Of a DNA stretch of 64,000 nt, positions 43,790 through 58,459 are shown one piece after another; the stretch's first letter is position 1; the number at the start of each line of letters is the position of its first letter. The stretch comes from Eledone cirrhosa. Its lineage: Eukaryota. Where the stretch lies: NCBI GenBank assembly GCA_964016885.1, contig OZ024757.1, positions 38,006,001 to 38,070,000 of the forward strand, written 5' to 3'. Made by a program: the position numbers and the translations under genes. The notes beneath the pieces were generated by a model. It saw only the letters and a list, made by a program, of their open reading frames with translations. It was not told the DNA's origin and did not search any database.

Positions 43790-44732
43790 GTTTCTATGAT
43801 TTAGTAGCAGATAAGCTATTTGAAAGGAAGAGGAACTTTGATTAAAACGACCGTAGTATGTTACCGGTACATTTTTTAAATTATTTTCTCGATACCATAA
43901 TGATGAAAGGTTAATATAACCTCGGCGGGATTTTAACTATAAACGGAAAGAGCCATAATTGTATGCCACAAATAATTTCGAATTTAGCTAAAAGTAGAGC
44001 AATCTGGGAGACAATGAAATCGATTAAATCTAACACAGTACGTTACTGGTACTTTCCTTTCTTAATTATCGTCCCCGTAAGGATGAAAGGTAAAGATAAC
44101 CTCGGCAGGATTTTAAATACGAAAAATGAAGAAAATGTTGAGAGGTGAAAATCGATTAAATCGACCCAAGTATATTACTGGTGCTGTTTGTTTAGTTTTA
44201 TCGACTCCGGAAGGATGAAAGTCAAAGATAATTTCGGCAAACAACATGCTTTGTAGCATAGAGTTACGTCTCCTTACGTTCTGATTTCGAATCCTGTCGA
44301 GGTTTGCTTTGCCTTTCATCCTTACGGGGTCGATAAAATAAAGTACCAGTAATGCACTGGGATGATTGCTGGCTTTGTGCCAAAAGTATAAACAGTTATT
44401 AGAAGGGAGGCGGTTTGGCATCATCGGAAGATGTGGTGTTAGAAATATTCTGAGCTTCAATTGCTATAAATGTATCTAGAGGTGACACTATTTCTAATAA
44501 TAATTGTTTCTACTTTTGGCACAAGGCCAGCAATTATTCCAGTGCATTACTGGTACTTTATTTTATCGACCCCGTAAGGATGAAAGGCAAAGTCAACCTC
44601 GGCGGGATACGATCTGAGTTCAAATCCCGCCGAGGTTGACTTTGCCTTTCATCCTTACGGGGTCGATAAAATAAAGTACCAGTAATTCACTGGTATAATT
44701 GCTGGCCTTGTGCCAAAAGTAGAAACAATTAT
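43790..44732. mobile_element. OK-like SINE cluster with a near-perfect inverted pair at 44501-44732
   Basis: Six or more fragments; the final pair has ~105-bp arms. Confidence 0.88.
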
Positions 44733-44859
44733 TACATGCGTTCGTGTTTGTCATCACTGCGAAGTATGACAAAGTATTTTGGATTTAGCTGTAGTTTGTG
44801 ATTTAATTGTTTGTCCATCAGAACGCGTGTGCGAAAGTATTTAAATTGAGAAAGCTTAC

Positions 44860-45670
44860 CTGTGTGTGTGTAGGTGCGGACGTGAACATGTGTGTGGGTG
44901 TTTGTGTATGTATATGTGTGTGTGCAGAATGATTTAAGTTTGTATGTGTATTTGTGTGGGTGTTTGTGTGTGTGTGTGTGTATATATGTGTGTTTCTGTG
45001 TGGCTGTTTGTGTGTTTGTGTATATGTGTGTTTCTGTGTGGGTGTTTGTGTGTTTGTGTATATACGTGTGTTTCTGTGTGGCTGTTTGTGTGTTTGTGTA
45101 TATATGTGTGTTTCTGTGTGGCTGTTTGTGTGTTTGTGTATATACGTGTGTTTCTGTTTGTGTGTTTGTGTATATGTGTGTGTTTCTGTGTGGCTGTTTG
45201 TGTGTTTGTGTATATACGTGTGTTTCTGTGTGGGTATTTGTGTGTTTGTGTATGTATATGTGTTTCTGTGTGGATGTGTTTGTGTATATACGTGTGTTTC
45301 TGTGTGGATGTGTTTGTGTATATACGTGTGTTTCTGTGTGGCTGTTTGTGTGTTTGTGTATGTATGTGTGTTTCTGTGTGGATGTTGTTTCTGTGTGGAT
45401 GTGTATTTGTGTGTGTGTGTGTGTTTCTGTGGCTGTATGTGTGTCTCTGTGTGGATGTGTGTTTATGTGTGGATGTGTGTGTGTGTATGTATGTGTGTTT
45501 CTGTGTGGATGTCTGTCTGTTTCTGTATGTATGTATGTGTTTGCGTATGTATGTGTGAATGTATGTGTGTTTCTGTCTGTTTGTGTATGTATGTGTGTTT
45601 GCCTATGTATGTGTGTTTCTGTGTGGGTATTTGTGTGGGTGTCTGTCTGTGTGTATGTATGTGTTTGTGG
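44860..45670. repeat. GT-rich ~36-40-bp minisatellite
   Basis: gtgtgtttctgtgtggctgtttgtgtgtttgtgtatat. Confidence 0.9.
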
Positions 45671-46223
45671 TGTGTAGGAGGATATAAATGGTTCCATATA
45701 TGCAATGCAAGTGTAAAACACATTCTAAACTTAGTAATTCTATTTAAATTGCTCCCACTGATAATCTGACTCAAACAAAACAACAGACTTCACCTAACAG
45801 CATGCACATCCACAATCTATATAAATTGGTGGATAGTAAAATTCTAGTTGTATTAACCAATACAATACATACTTTTAGTAGAATTTTTTCTTACTTCGGC
45901 TTTTAACTTACTTCGGCTTTTAACTAGGTGAAGCCGTCAGTGACTGTGTTCGTCTCTCGATTTATCTATCTATCTAACAAACTCTTCGTACTCCTGGAGA
46001 TGAGGGTTGTACAATTTTTCTGGGGTATGTGTTACCCATATGAAATGTCTCCCCCTATTGGGGAGAATCGATTAACTTTTCAATTGCATTTGTGATAGTA
46101 TTTTACACGTTTTTATTGTATGTAAACTTCCCCCCTTTGTATTTGTCCCCTTCTTTTGTGCCCCTGTGGCTAATAAAGAAACATATCTATCTATCTATCT
46201 ACCTACTTACCTACCCACCTTAC

Positions 46224-46281
<58 letters not shown>

Positions 46282-46517
46282 CCCACATATATATTTATCA
46301 GTCTGATTATTTCCGTCTTTCGCTCTCTCTTTACACACACACACACACATATATATAAACAAAACTTGTTTTCGCTCACGAACACATACACGCTGTGTGT
46401 GTGTGTGTGTGTGTGTGTATAATGCGACTGAGTGTGTGTGTGTCTCTATTTAGTGATGTATATGGTTTTATTGGCATACAAAAGATGTATGTACGTATAT
46501 GTGTTTGTATATATGCA

Positions 46518-46564
<47 letters not shown>

Positions 46565-47869
46565 CTGCATACATTATATATATATATATATATATATATA
46601 ATATGTATATGTGTGTGTGCGCGTGTGTCTATATTGACTAATGTGTATGGTTGTATTGACAGATACGCCAGATTTACATATGTGTGTGTATATTACAATT
46701 ATATATATATATATATATGTGTGTATATGTGTATGTGTGTGTATTATACGCAATGCAACATATAATTTGTTTCATTTTTATGATTATTTGAGGTGTGAAC
46801 TTGATGTGAGCAAAGCTGGCAACAGCAGTGTATTGGATAACAAAGAATTTTTAATCTAATCCACTCCTCTCACACCTTACACAGATAACGAGCAAGAAAG
46901 ATGTAAAACAAACGTAATCGTTGCATATTTTTATGCAAGTTTGTTTGATTAGCCTCTGATATTCGTAATGTTTATTTGTATAGATTTCATTTTAGTATTT
47001 GCCATGTATTTAATTAGCTTTTGCAATATGTGACTTTAGAGATATTGAAAGCGACAAGTGGACAATCGTGTGAAATATAACCGTCTTGAAATGATGGAAG
47101 CACAAAAATCGTTTAATAAAAATGTTAACGAGAAGCGTCGAGAAGGAAATATTATTTTTTTAAAAAGATATCTCAATGAGAAAGATATAAAGAATGGTGA
47201 GTCTAATAAAAATATAAATGTTGCTAGAAAATTGTTTAAATTCATTTTTATAAAGATGTCCTTCAACCTAGGTGTTTAAATTATCTGGTTGTTTTTTGTT
47301 AATTTATGTAATTTTGTTAATTTATGCAATTTTGTTTGTCACTGCAACCAAAGATACATCTTGAAGAGGTGATGATTGTTTTGGACATGTGTATTCACTG
47401 AGATATTATTTGCAGATGTGAGCGAGAAGGAGGTGTAGGACGAGATGTATATCACTTCAAAGAGTTACATATCAATAGAATCTCTAACGTACATTCAAAT
47501 ATGGATTGCAATGATTTCATTCCTTTTATGTCTTGAATGACTTCTATAACGACATCTACTACATTATGATAGAAGTAGGCAGTGGATAAGAGAATCGATA
47601 GAGACAGTGAAGGAAAAATTATTGCCTTGCCGAATATATTTACGTCTCTTTAACCTCCGCGTTTTAACTACTGTCAAGATTGATTTTGACTTAAGAGAGT
47701 CGATAAAATAGGTACTAATAAAGAACCGAATAGATTTATTCAGCTATACAACTATCTTGAAATTCATTTGCACCATTGCTAGTAATCAATATAAAGTGCA
47801 TAGAATGAAGTGTGTTATTTTTTATTGACCTGCTTCTAGATTGATACACTCCGACACGATTCAGCCAAT

Positions 47870-48245
47870 GCTTGAGCGACGATATAATTCACACTAAACA
47901 AACATCTGTTTGAGCCTCGATATAATTCACACTAAACAAACATATGTTTGGGTCTCCATATAATTCATACTACACAAACATATGTTTGAGCCTCGATATA
48001 ATTCACACTACACAAACATATGTTTGAGCCTCGATATAATTCACACTACACAAACATATGTTTGAGCCTCGATATAATTCACACTACACAAACATATGTT
48101 TGAGCCTCGATATAATTCACACTACACAAACATATGTTTGAGCCTCGATATAATTCAGACTAAACAAACGCATTTGAGCCTCGATATAATTCACACTAAA
48201 AAAACAGATGTCTGAGCCTCGATATAATTTATACTACACAAACAC
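47870..48245. repeat. 38-bp minisatellite, ~9.5 copies
   Basis: cgatataattcacactacacaaacatatgtttgagcct, with internal palindrome caaacatatgtttg. Confidence 0.95.
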
Positions 48246-48314
48246 ACATATTCACACGGACAAACATATGTACTGCCACACACCCTCCCGCCTACACACC
48301 CCCACACACATATG

Positions 48315-48440
48315 TAGCTGTCGAAACGGCCGAAGCTCAGCCGTCGGGGTCCTGACTCTTTTCCTATTACCCACACTACTACCGTAAGTATCGAGTACAC
48401 TGGTGCGTTATAGTCCAGCTGGTAACTTACCACACCTTCT
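48315..48440 (+). mobile_element. TA-associated dispersed element
   Basis: tagctgtcgaaacggccgaagctcagccgtcggggtcctgactcttttcctatt...; ends at (TA)n. Confidence 0.75.
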
Positions 48441-49130
48441 TTGTACATATATATATATATATATATATTAGAGAGAGAGAGAGAGAGGAGAGAGAGCCAT
48501 CTTGATTTTGATTTATGCTCTGTTTCCTACCCTCAGGGTATTGCATCGAGTACTGAACATGTTTACGCCTGTATTAAATGCAATCATACCAACGGAAATA
48601 TACCAACAAAACCTGGGAGTCGGTTTAGTACGCGGCACTATACCAATCATCCAATATTTTTCCTGGACCTGGGCCAAAGTTAGAAATGGTTACTTTAAAA
48701 GAAAACTAAAAGAGGTCAAATGCAAATATCAGGAAAAACAAAGTTGAAGACGCAACAATGTTAAGTTCCCTGCTGTGTTGGGAAATTAACAAGGAAAACA
48801 ACCAATGAGAGGCCACCAAAGCTATGCCATTGTTAATGCTTCCATTGGGATGATTCTAAATTCTGGCAAATAATGTCAATTTGGCCAGATATTCGAATTT
48901 GTCACCTGGCTATATTCCAATGCTAATTCTCAATAAAGTTTCCTGAAACTAAATGTATGTTCAACTTAAATTAATTGGAGAATAACGGGTCTCGATCGAA
49001 AAAAGAAAATGTTTTATAACTGTCAATTCTGATAAGATGATCTGTTTAATCTCCACAATGTTCATTAATTTCAAAAATAGATGGCACTCAATAGACTAAA
49101 AATGAAGTCACATTAACTATTGTCACTTCC

Positions 49131-49172
<42 letters not shown>

Positions 49173-49309
49173 TAATATATACATATACTCATCGTATGAC
49201 TTCACGGTAACGTGGTTTCCTCTCTTATACTGAATAGAGTAATGGAATTATTATTTATTGCTGAATAATAACTACCTGCGTTTTGAAAGCCTCATATAGA
49301 CTGCAGAGA

Positions 49310-49975
49310 TAATCGATATCGGTTTAGAAATCGTGGGAGTTCTGCCAAGAGGTGCTTTGTAGACCTCGAAACGGTATATAATTGCGTTCCACGGGACCTG
49401 CTGTGAAAGGGTCTGCAGGAGTATAGGATAGATGGGCAGCTTTTTGCAACCCTGATGTCCCTATACGAATGGCCCAGTATTTGTGTTCGGATAAATGGAG
49501 TTAAATTGAAGCCATTCAATCTGTGAATCCGACTCCACCAAGGATACGCACTGTCACCTCTCCTGTTCATTATGTTCAAAGGTGGATTGGCAGTATCGGT
49601 AGAGGCTCGGACGCCATGCTTTGCAGCAAAGAGTTACGGCCCTTAGCATTTTGAGTTCAAATCCCGCCGAGGTTAACTTTGCCTTTCATCCTTACGGAGG
49701 TCGATAAAATAAAGTACCAGTAATGCACTGGGTAATTGCTGGCCTTGAGCCAAAAGTAGAAACAATTATTTTCATGAACAGGTTTGAAATGCGCAGTAGT
49801 GCTGGAAGTGGTATCACGACTGAGGTGTAGGATCAGTCGGCTGACATTTGCAGACGACAAGGTATTACTTAACTTGTCAGTAGGTGATAGCCTACATGCA
49901 CTTCACTGGGTAGGTTAGATGCCGAGTACTGCATGGCTGGAATGAAAACTGTGAATGAAATCAGTGCTGCGAAGA
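49310..49975 (+). pseudogene. Reverse transcriptase fragment of an RTE-clade (Rex3/Expander-like) LINE, split by a SINE
   Basis: CFVDLETVYNCVPRDLL*KGLQEYRIDG..VRING..RLHQGYALSPLLF..RISRLTFADDKVLL..AGMK, with stops and frameshifts. Confidence 0.92.
49579..49764 (+). mobile_element. Young OK-like SINE with 10-bp TSD
   Basis: attat(g/t)ttca at 49569-49578 and 49765-49774. Confidence 0.92.
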
Positions 49976-50125
49976 CTTCTCAACTCATTTTTACAGCTGA
50001 GTAAAATGGAGTATCGTTAAATAACGTCTTTCTCAAGAACATAACGCGAAGCCCGGTCCGAAAATCAAAACTCAAAAACTCGCGATTGCAAGCCCACCGC
50101 TCTAACCACTAAGCCATGTGCCTTA
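49975..50125 (-). mobile_element. OR-like CORE SINE head
   Basis: gattgcaagcccaccgctctaaccactaagccatg. Confidence 0.8.
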
Positions 50126-50619
50126 CATACAGAATCAGGTATAAAACCAACGAATATTAAAAAAAATAAAAATTGTACTAATTTAATTCAAGAGATATAT
50201 TTGGAGAAAAGTAATTTGAAATGTGTGAATGACCGATAAGATACTGGCGTTTATCTTCCTAAATGCAATTTATAGAGAATGGGAAATAAAATAACACTTT
50301 TTGGCCTCTGACATATTTAAATTCCATTGAAAATAAAGCCATTGTCGTTTAGAGAACAACAGAACATTAAATACATTCTTTAGAATATTGAATCATGTTC
50401 ATGTGTGGACTGAGAGAAATATGATTTTACACTTGTATAGTAAAGCAATAGCTTTGCCAGTAAATTGATATAGTCACTGTTTACAAGTATATACATAATT
50501 TGTCTACTATTTCGTATAGATATTAGTATATGAAATTGTTACATATATATATATATGAAATTGTTACATATACATATATATATATATATAAAATAAGTGT
50601 AAGTCAATATATATATGTA

Positions 50620-53600
50620 TCGATATGAATGTATATGTATTTATATATAACTATATATATATATATATATAAATATGTGCGAGTGTGTGTGTATTTATGT
50701 ATACATATATATGTGTGTGCGTGTGTGTGTATATATATATATGTGTATATATATGTGTGTATATATATATGTGTATATATATATGTGTATATATATATAT
50801 AATATATATATGTGTATATATATATATATATATAATATATATAATATAAATATATGTATATATATAATATATATATATATAATATATATATAATATATAT
50901 GTATATATATAATATATATGTATATATATATATAATATATATGTATATATATATATAATATATATGTATATATATATATAATATATATGTATATATATAT
51001 ATAATATATATGTATATATATATATAATATATATGTATATATATAATATATATGTATATATATAATATATATGTATATATATAATATATATGTATATATA
51101 TAATATATATGTATATATATAATATATATGTATATATATAATATATATGTATATATATAATATATATGTATATATATATAATATATATGTATATATATAT
51201 AATATATATGTATATATATATAATATATATGTATATATATATAATATATATGTATATATATATAATATATATGTATATATATATAATATATATGTATATA
51301 TATATAATATATATGTATATATATATAATATATATGTATATATATATAATATATATGTATATATATATAATATATATGTATATATATATAATATATATGT
51401 ATATATATATAATATATATGTATATATATATAATATATATGTATATATATATAATATATATGTATATATATATAATATATATGTATATATATATAATATA
51501 TATGTATATATATATAATATATATGTATATATATATAATATATATGTATATATATATATAATATATATGTATATATATATAATATATATGTATATATATA
51601 TAATATATATGTATATATATATAATATATATGTATATATATATAATATATATGTATATATATATAATATATATGAATATATATATAATATATATGTATAT
51701 ATATATAATACATATGTATATATATATAATATATATGTATATATATATAATATATATGTATATATATATAATATATATGTATATATATAATATATATGTA
51801 TATATATAATATATATGTATATAATATATATGTATATATATATATATAATATATATGTATATATATATATTATATGTATATATATAATATATATGAATAT
51901 ATATATATATAATATATATGTATATATATATATTATATGTATATATATAATATATATATGTATATATATATATATAATATATATGTATATATATATAATA
52001 TATGTATATATATAATATATAAATGTATATATATATAATATATATGTATATATATATAATTTATATGTATATATATATATATAATTTATATGTATATATA
52101 TAATATATAATTTATATGTATATATATAATTTATATGTATATATATATATATAATTTATATGTATATATATATATATATAATTTATATGTATATATATAT
52201 ATATATAATATATATGTATATATATATATATATAATATATATGTATATATATATATATAATTTATATGTATATATATATATATATAATTTATATGTATAT
52301 ATATATATATATAATATATATGTATATATATATATATAATTTATATGTATATATATATATATATAATATATATGTATATATATATATATATATAATATAT
52401 ATGTATATATATATATATAATATATATGTATATATATATATATAATATATATGTATATATATATATATAATATATATGTATATATATATATATAATATAT
52501 ATGTATATATATATATATAATATATATGTATATATATATATATATAATATATATGTATATATATGTATATATATATATATATAATATATATGTATATATA
52601 TATATATATATAATATATATGTATATATATATATATAATATATATGTATATATATATATATAATATATATGTATATATATATATATAATATATATGTATA
52701 TATATATATAATATATATGTGTATATATATATATAATATATATGTATATATATATATATAATATATATGTGTATATATATATATAATATATGTGTATATA
52801 TATATATAATATATATGTATATATATATATATAATATATATGTGTATATATATATATAATATATATGTATATATATATATATATATATAATATATATGTA
52901 TATATATATATATATATAATATATATGTATATATATATATATATATAATATATATGTATATATATATATATAATATATATGTGTATATATATATATAATA
53001 TATATGTGTATATATATATATAATATATATGTATATATATATATATAATATATATGTATATATATATATATAATATATATGTATATATATATATATAATA
53101 TATATGTATATATATATATATAATATATATGTATATATATATATATAATATATATGTATATATATATATATAATATATATGTATATATATATATATAATA
53201 TATATGGATATATATATATATAATATATATGGATATATATATATATAATATATATGGATATATATATATATAATATATATGGATATATATATATATATAA
53301 TATATATGTATATATATATATATAATATATATGGATATATATATATATATAATATATATGTATATATATATATATAATATATATGTATATATATATATAT
53401 AATATATATGTATATATATATATATATAATATATATGTATATATATATATATATAATATATATGGATATATATATATATATATAATATATATGTATATAT
53501 ATATATAATATATATGGATATATATATATATAATATATATGTATATATATATATATATAATATATATGTATATATATATATATATAATATATATGTATAT

Positions 53601-54022
53601 ATATATATATAATATATATGGATATATATATATATAATATATATGGATATATATATATATAATATATATGTATATATAATATATATGTATATATATATAT
53701 ATAATATATATGTATATATATATATATATAATATATATGTATATATATATATATAATATATATGTATATATATATATATATAATATATATGTATATATAT
53801 ATATATAATATATATGTATATATATATATATATAATATATATGTATATATATATATATAATATATATGTATATATATATATATAATATATATGTATATAT
53901 ATATATATATAATATATATGTATATATATATATATAATATATATGTATATATATATATATAATATATATGTATATATATATATATAATATATATGTATAT
54001 ATATATGTATATATAATATATA
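50620..54022. repeat. 3.4-kb AT satellite, unit ~(ta)n-atatatatg (19-27 bp)
   Basis: Direct reading. Confidence 0.96.
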
Positions 54023-54699
54023 TGCTTGATTGTTGTCGTTTCAACAGCTACTTCCAGAGATAAATACACACATCACGCGATCACTTGGATCCTAGTTGGG
54101 TCAACTGAGATATTCTCAGCTCAAATTGAGACACGCATTTAACTTCCCATTGCCCCCAGGAATCAATAAGTTATGGAGTGTTGATAGAACTTGGATAACT
54201 ATTGACTCTGAGTCAATGCATTTGACATGTTTACTGACAATTGCTTCTAGCCAAACGCATTCAATGCAAGGTGGTGCTAACATAATTAATATATATGATT
54301 AATTAAATGTTAATTAATTAAATTAATGTTAATTGATTACCATTTTCACCCGATTTCAAGAAAAATAATCATTAGATTAATGACAGTTATTTGTCAAAAT
54401 TTACAATTGAAATAATATCGAAAAATTTAATTAATCATAATTAAATATCAAACACAAGCCGTGCATAGAGGAGTCAATATCATTTTGTAGGTTATATGAC
54501 AACACTGGAAAGTCTGCCTTACAATAATTACCTGTTTGATGTATGTGTATGAACTGTGCTCTTTCTGTCAGGCAGTAGTTGTTAGGTATAAAGATAAATA
54601 GAATGACTTTTGGAAGTAAACAGCGAGTGATTTGGCGAGAACGTTTTATGATTTTTTTTCTTTTTATGTAACGTTACTTGAAAGAATTCGTAGCTCGAG

Positions 54700-54920
54700 G
54701 ATAAGAGAACTGCTCCAGGTAGAGCCGTTATTTCTCCGAATTGGGAGATCACAGCTGAGATATTTCAGGGAGGGATGGGTTTAGAATTTCTCAGGAAAGA
54801 ATCGCTGGAGAGGTTTTACGGGCAAAACAAATTGGTAGGCGGCCTAAGGAATAAACCCTAAGCAAGATAAGATAACATCCATAAGCCGAGCTTCCCTCGC
54901 TTGGAGATACAGTCGAATCA
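54700..54920 (+). mobile_element. RTE LINE ORF C-terminal fragment
   Basis: IRELLQVEPLFLRIGRSQLRYF..RISQERIAGEVLRAKQIGRRPK. Confidence 0.85.
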
Positions 54921-54957
54921 GCCAAAAGAATAATAAAACATTTGTTTAATTATTAAC

Positions 54958-55500
54958 GTGGTTGATATTCAGTAATTGGTAGAGCGTCTGACAAAATGCT
55001 GTGAGGCATTTAGTTACAACGTTTTCCTTTCTAAGTTCAAATCCAACTCAGGTTAGCTTTGACTTTACTCCTTACGGGGGTCGGGGTCGATAACATAAAG
55101 TACCAGTAACACACTGGGATCGATTTAATCGACTTTCCCCACCCACCTAAAAATTACTGGCATTGTGCTTAAATTAGAAATCTTTATTAAAGCTGTAACA
55201 TGCTTACGGCGTCGATAAAATAAAGTACCAGTAATGCACTGGTGAATTGCTGGCCTTGTGCCAAATGTAGAAATCATTATTAAAGCGGTTACATGCCGTT
55301 TTCATACAGTTACAACGTTTACTTTCTAAGTTCAAATCCCACTCATGTTAGCTTTGCCTTTCATCCTTACGAGGTCGGGGTCGACAAAATAAAGTACCAG
55401 TAACACACTGGGATCGATTTAATCGACTTTCCCCTCCCACCTAAGGTTTTCTGGCCTTGTGCCTAACGTAGAAATCCTTATTTAAGCGGTAACATACCGT
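54958..55500 (+). mobile_element. Three tandem OK-like SINE units
   Basis: Each is followed by ttatt(a/t)aagc(t/g)gt(a/t)acat. Confidence 0.85.
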
Positions 55501-56175
55501 CTTCGTCTTCTGTGATATTAACACAAAGAAACAACTGCTTAGTTCCAAACTTTTTATGTCGCCTACAAATTCTTTTTATGGATTGCGTAATTTCTTTACT
55601 TTTGATTCAAGCTGCATATCATGCAGTCGTTTGTACTGTGGTAGCTTTGAAGTCCCCTGCATATTTGATCACAATAAGTTTAAATATCATTCGTGTTGGT
55701 TTGTACTGTCACAGCATTTAGCTTTAAATTATCAAGCTGATTCCGCATGTTACATAAACACTTACACATGCACACTTACGCACAGAAGGTAAAATAAACA
55801 TACATTTACACACGTTTACAACCGCACACACGTACAATGACATACGCCAACTGCCTTTACATACAAATTTACACACACACTCGCACAGAGGTACGCACAC
55901 TAACTTACGCCAACAACCTTGCACACATGCCTTTACACCCACCCACACATACACACACAAGCAGGCATATATACTGATATACAACCATACATCATTACAG
56001 CTTTATTCTGGTAATCACAGATGTTTCGTCACGATCTTTTGAATAGTCAGAGCTCAGCCTTTTACATAACAATATTTTGACCTACACCTTTAGCCAGCCA
56101 AACATCTGCAATGCCTTTATATTTGGGAGATAATATACCTTTAAATATTTATTTTTTCTATTATACAATGTAGTG

Positions 56176-56870
56176 TTCACTATTCAATATATAATCTGGT
56201 ACTTTATTCCAATATATTTGTTAATGATCTCTTAACTATAAATATATTTCTGTACATGGAGGCCACAAAAATGTTTTTTTCTATCATAAAATTCAATGGT
56301 AGCCTTCACTAATCAATATATATTCTGGTGTCTTATTTAAATATATTTGTTACAGATCTATTGACTTTAAGCTAGAGTCTTCGCTAAGCCACGAAAATAA
56401 GTTTTCTATCTTAAAATAAAATGTCAGCCTCCACTATTCAATATGTACTCTGGCACTCTATTTCAATATATTTCTTAAAGATCTACTAATTATGAGAAAG
56501 ATCTTTCGAACATGGAATCTACAAAAATATTTTTTTCTATCTTTCAAATAAAATGTCCACTATTCAATATATATTTTAATATATAAGGTCTACGAATAAT
56601 GATTTCTAGTATAGGCACAAGGCCAGTAATTTAGGGGGAGGTGAAAGTCAATTAAATCGTCTCCAGTACGTTACAGGTGCTTTATTTATCGACCCGGTAA
56701 GCATGACAGACAAAGTTAACCTCTGCGGAATTTGAACACAGAACGAAATGGGCCGTAACACTATGCTGCAAAGCATGGTGTCCGACTCTCTACCGATACT
56801 GGCAGACCGCCGCCTTTAAAGGTCTACTAATTACAAAAAAAAAACTTTCAGTACATGGAAGCTCCGAAAA
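56176..56870. repeat. ~127-bp diverged tandem repeat interrupted by an OK SINE (56598-56818, -)
   Basis: cacta(t/a)tcaatat units at ~56178, 56307, 56432 and 56558; TSD aaggtctac(g/t)aat at 56585-56597 and 56819-56831. Confidence 0.85.
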
Positions 56871-57319
56871 TATTCAACAACAGAAAATTTTGGAGGCTTT
56901 ACGCCAGACTTAGTTTTGCACTATTTTTTTTTAAAATCTCATTTAAGCAGCTTTTGCCCCCCGTTGGCCTTCACATTTCTTTTATCTATCACTGTCTATT
57001 TCATATATCTTGTTTATGTTCCTGAGCTGTAAGGCTTACTATATACCATTCCTAGTTTAACATATCTTACTGACTCAATATTAATTAAATGAATATATAA
57101 TTCTAAAACATTAACACCTTCTGGTAAAATGCTTTCTTCTAGGTCTTCAAATAGTTTGCAAAAAATTTACCGTCTAAGCTTAAATAGTGAGTTCTCTGAG
57201 AATTTATATGTACCTTTAAGTCACAGACATTTCTCATATATTTTTCAAGTAATTTTTACTGCTATTTGAATTAGCGCATATAACAAGCTGGAAATATGGA
57301 CACACACGCACACACACAT

Positions 57320-57330
57320 GTAGGTATATG

Positions 57331-57361
<31 letters not shown>

Positions 57362-57846
57362 GTGGATGTATGTATGTATGTGTATTTATGTATATGTAAG
57401 TATATATATACATGTGTATATGTAAGTATATATATACATGTGTATATGTAAGTATATATATACATGTGTATATGTAAGTATATATATACATGTGTATATG
57501 TAAGTATATATATACATGTGTATATGTAAGTATATATATACATGTCTATATATATGTAAGTATATATATACATGTCTATATATATGTATATATATATACA
57601 TGTCTATATATATGTATATATATATACATGTCTATATATATGTATATATATACATGTCTATATATATGTATATATATGTATGTATATATATGTATATATA
57701 TGTATGTATATATATGTATATATATGTATATATATGTATGTATATATATGTATATATATGTATGTATATATATGTATATATATGTATGTATATATATGTA
57801 TATATATGTATGTATATATATGTATATATATGTATGTATATATATG

Positions 57847-57880
<34 letters not shown>

Positions 57881-58146
57881 CATGTCTATATATATGTATG
57901 TATATACATGTCTATATATATGTATGTATATACATGTCTATATATATGTATGTATATACATGTCTATATATATGTATGTATATACATGTCTATGTATATG
58001 TGTATATGTACATATACATGTCTATATAAATGTATATACATGTATGTACATACATGTATATATGTATGTATGTATATATATATATGTCTATATATATATA
58101 TGAATATATGTCTATATATGAATATATGTCTATATATATATATATA
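57320..58146. repeat. (TA)n/(TATG) array
   Basis: Direct reading. Confidence 0.95.
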
Positions 58147-58459
58147 AGAATACTCTATAAATAATGAACGTAACCCGTTACTCATTTGTCTCACAATTGC
58201 TTTATCTGTAAGATTGCAATCTGTTTTCTCATATTATTTTTATTTCTAGGAAACTAAGCAGTCTTTGCAAATTAAATATTCATACAGCTGGTCATTAATT
58301 GAATTTGCCTTTGTTTTGGGAACATTTTTGTTTCGATTGATTCTGAATCTTACCTAAAATTAATAGTTTCTTTAAAGTTCTCAGACATTTTATTTTTGCA
58401 ATCAGGTCAAGCGAACTTATAGATATATTTTTCTAGGCTTATTTTTTTTTTTTTTTGTA

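Noticed and set aside
49292-49579. Minus-strand 95-aa ORF (also 20080-20589)
   Set aside because: Antisense or off-frame shadows of LINE fragments.
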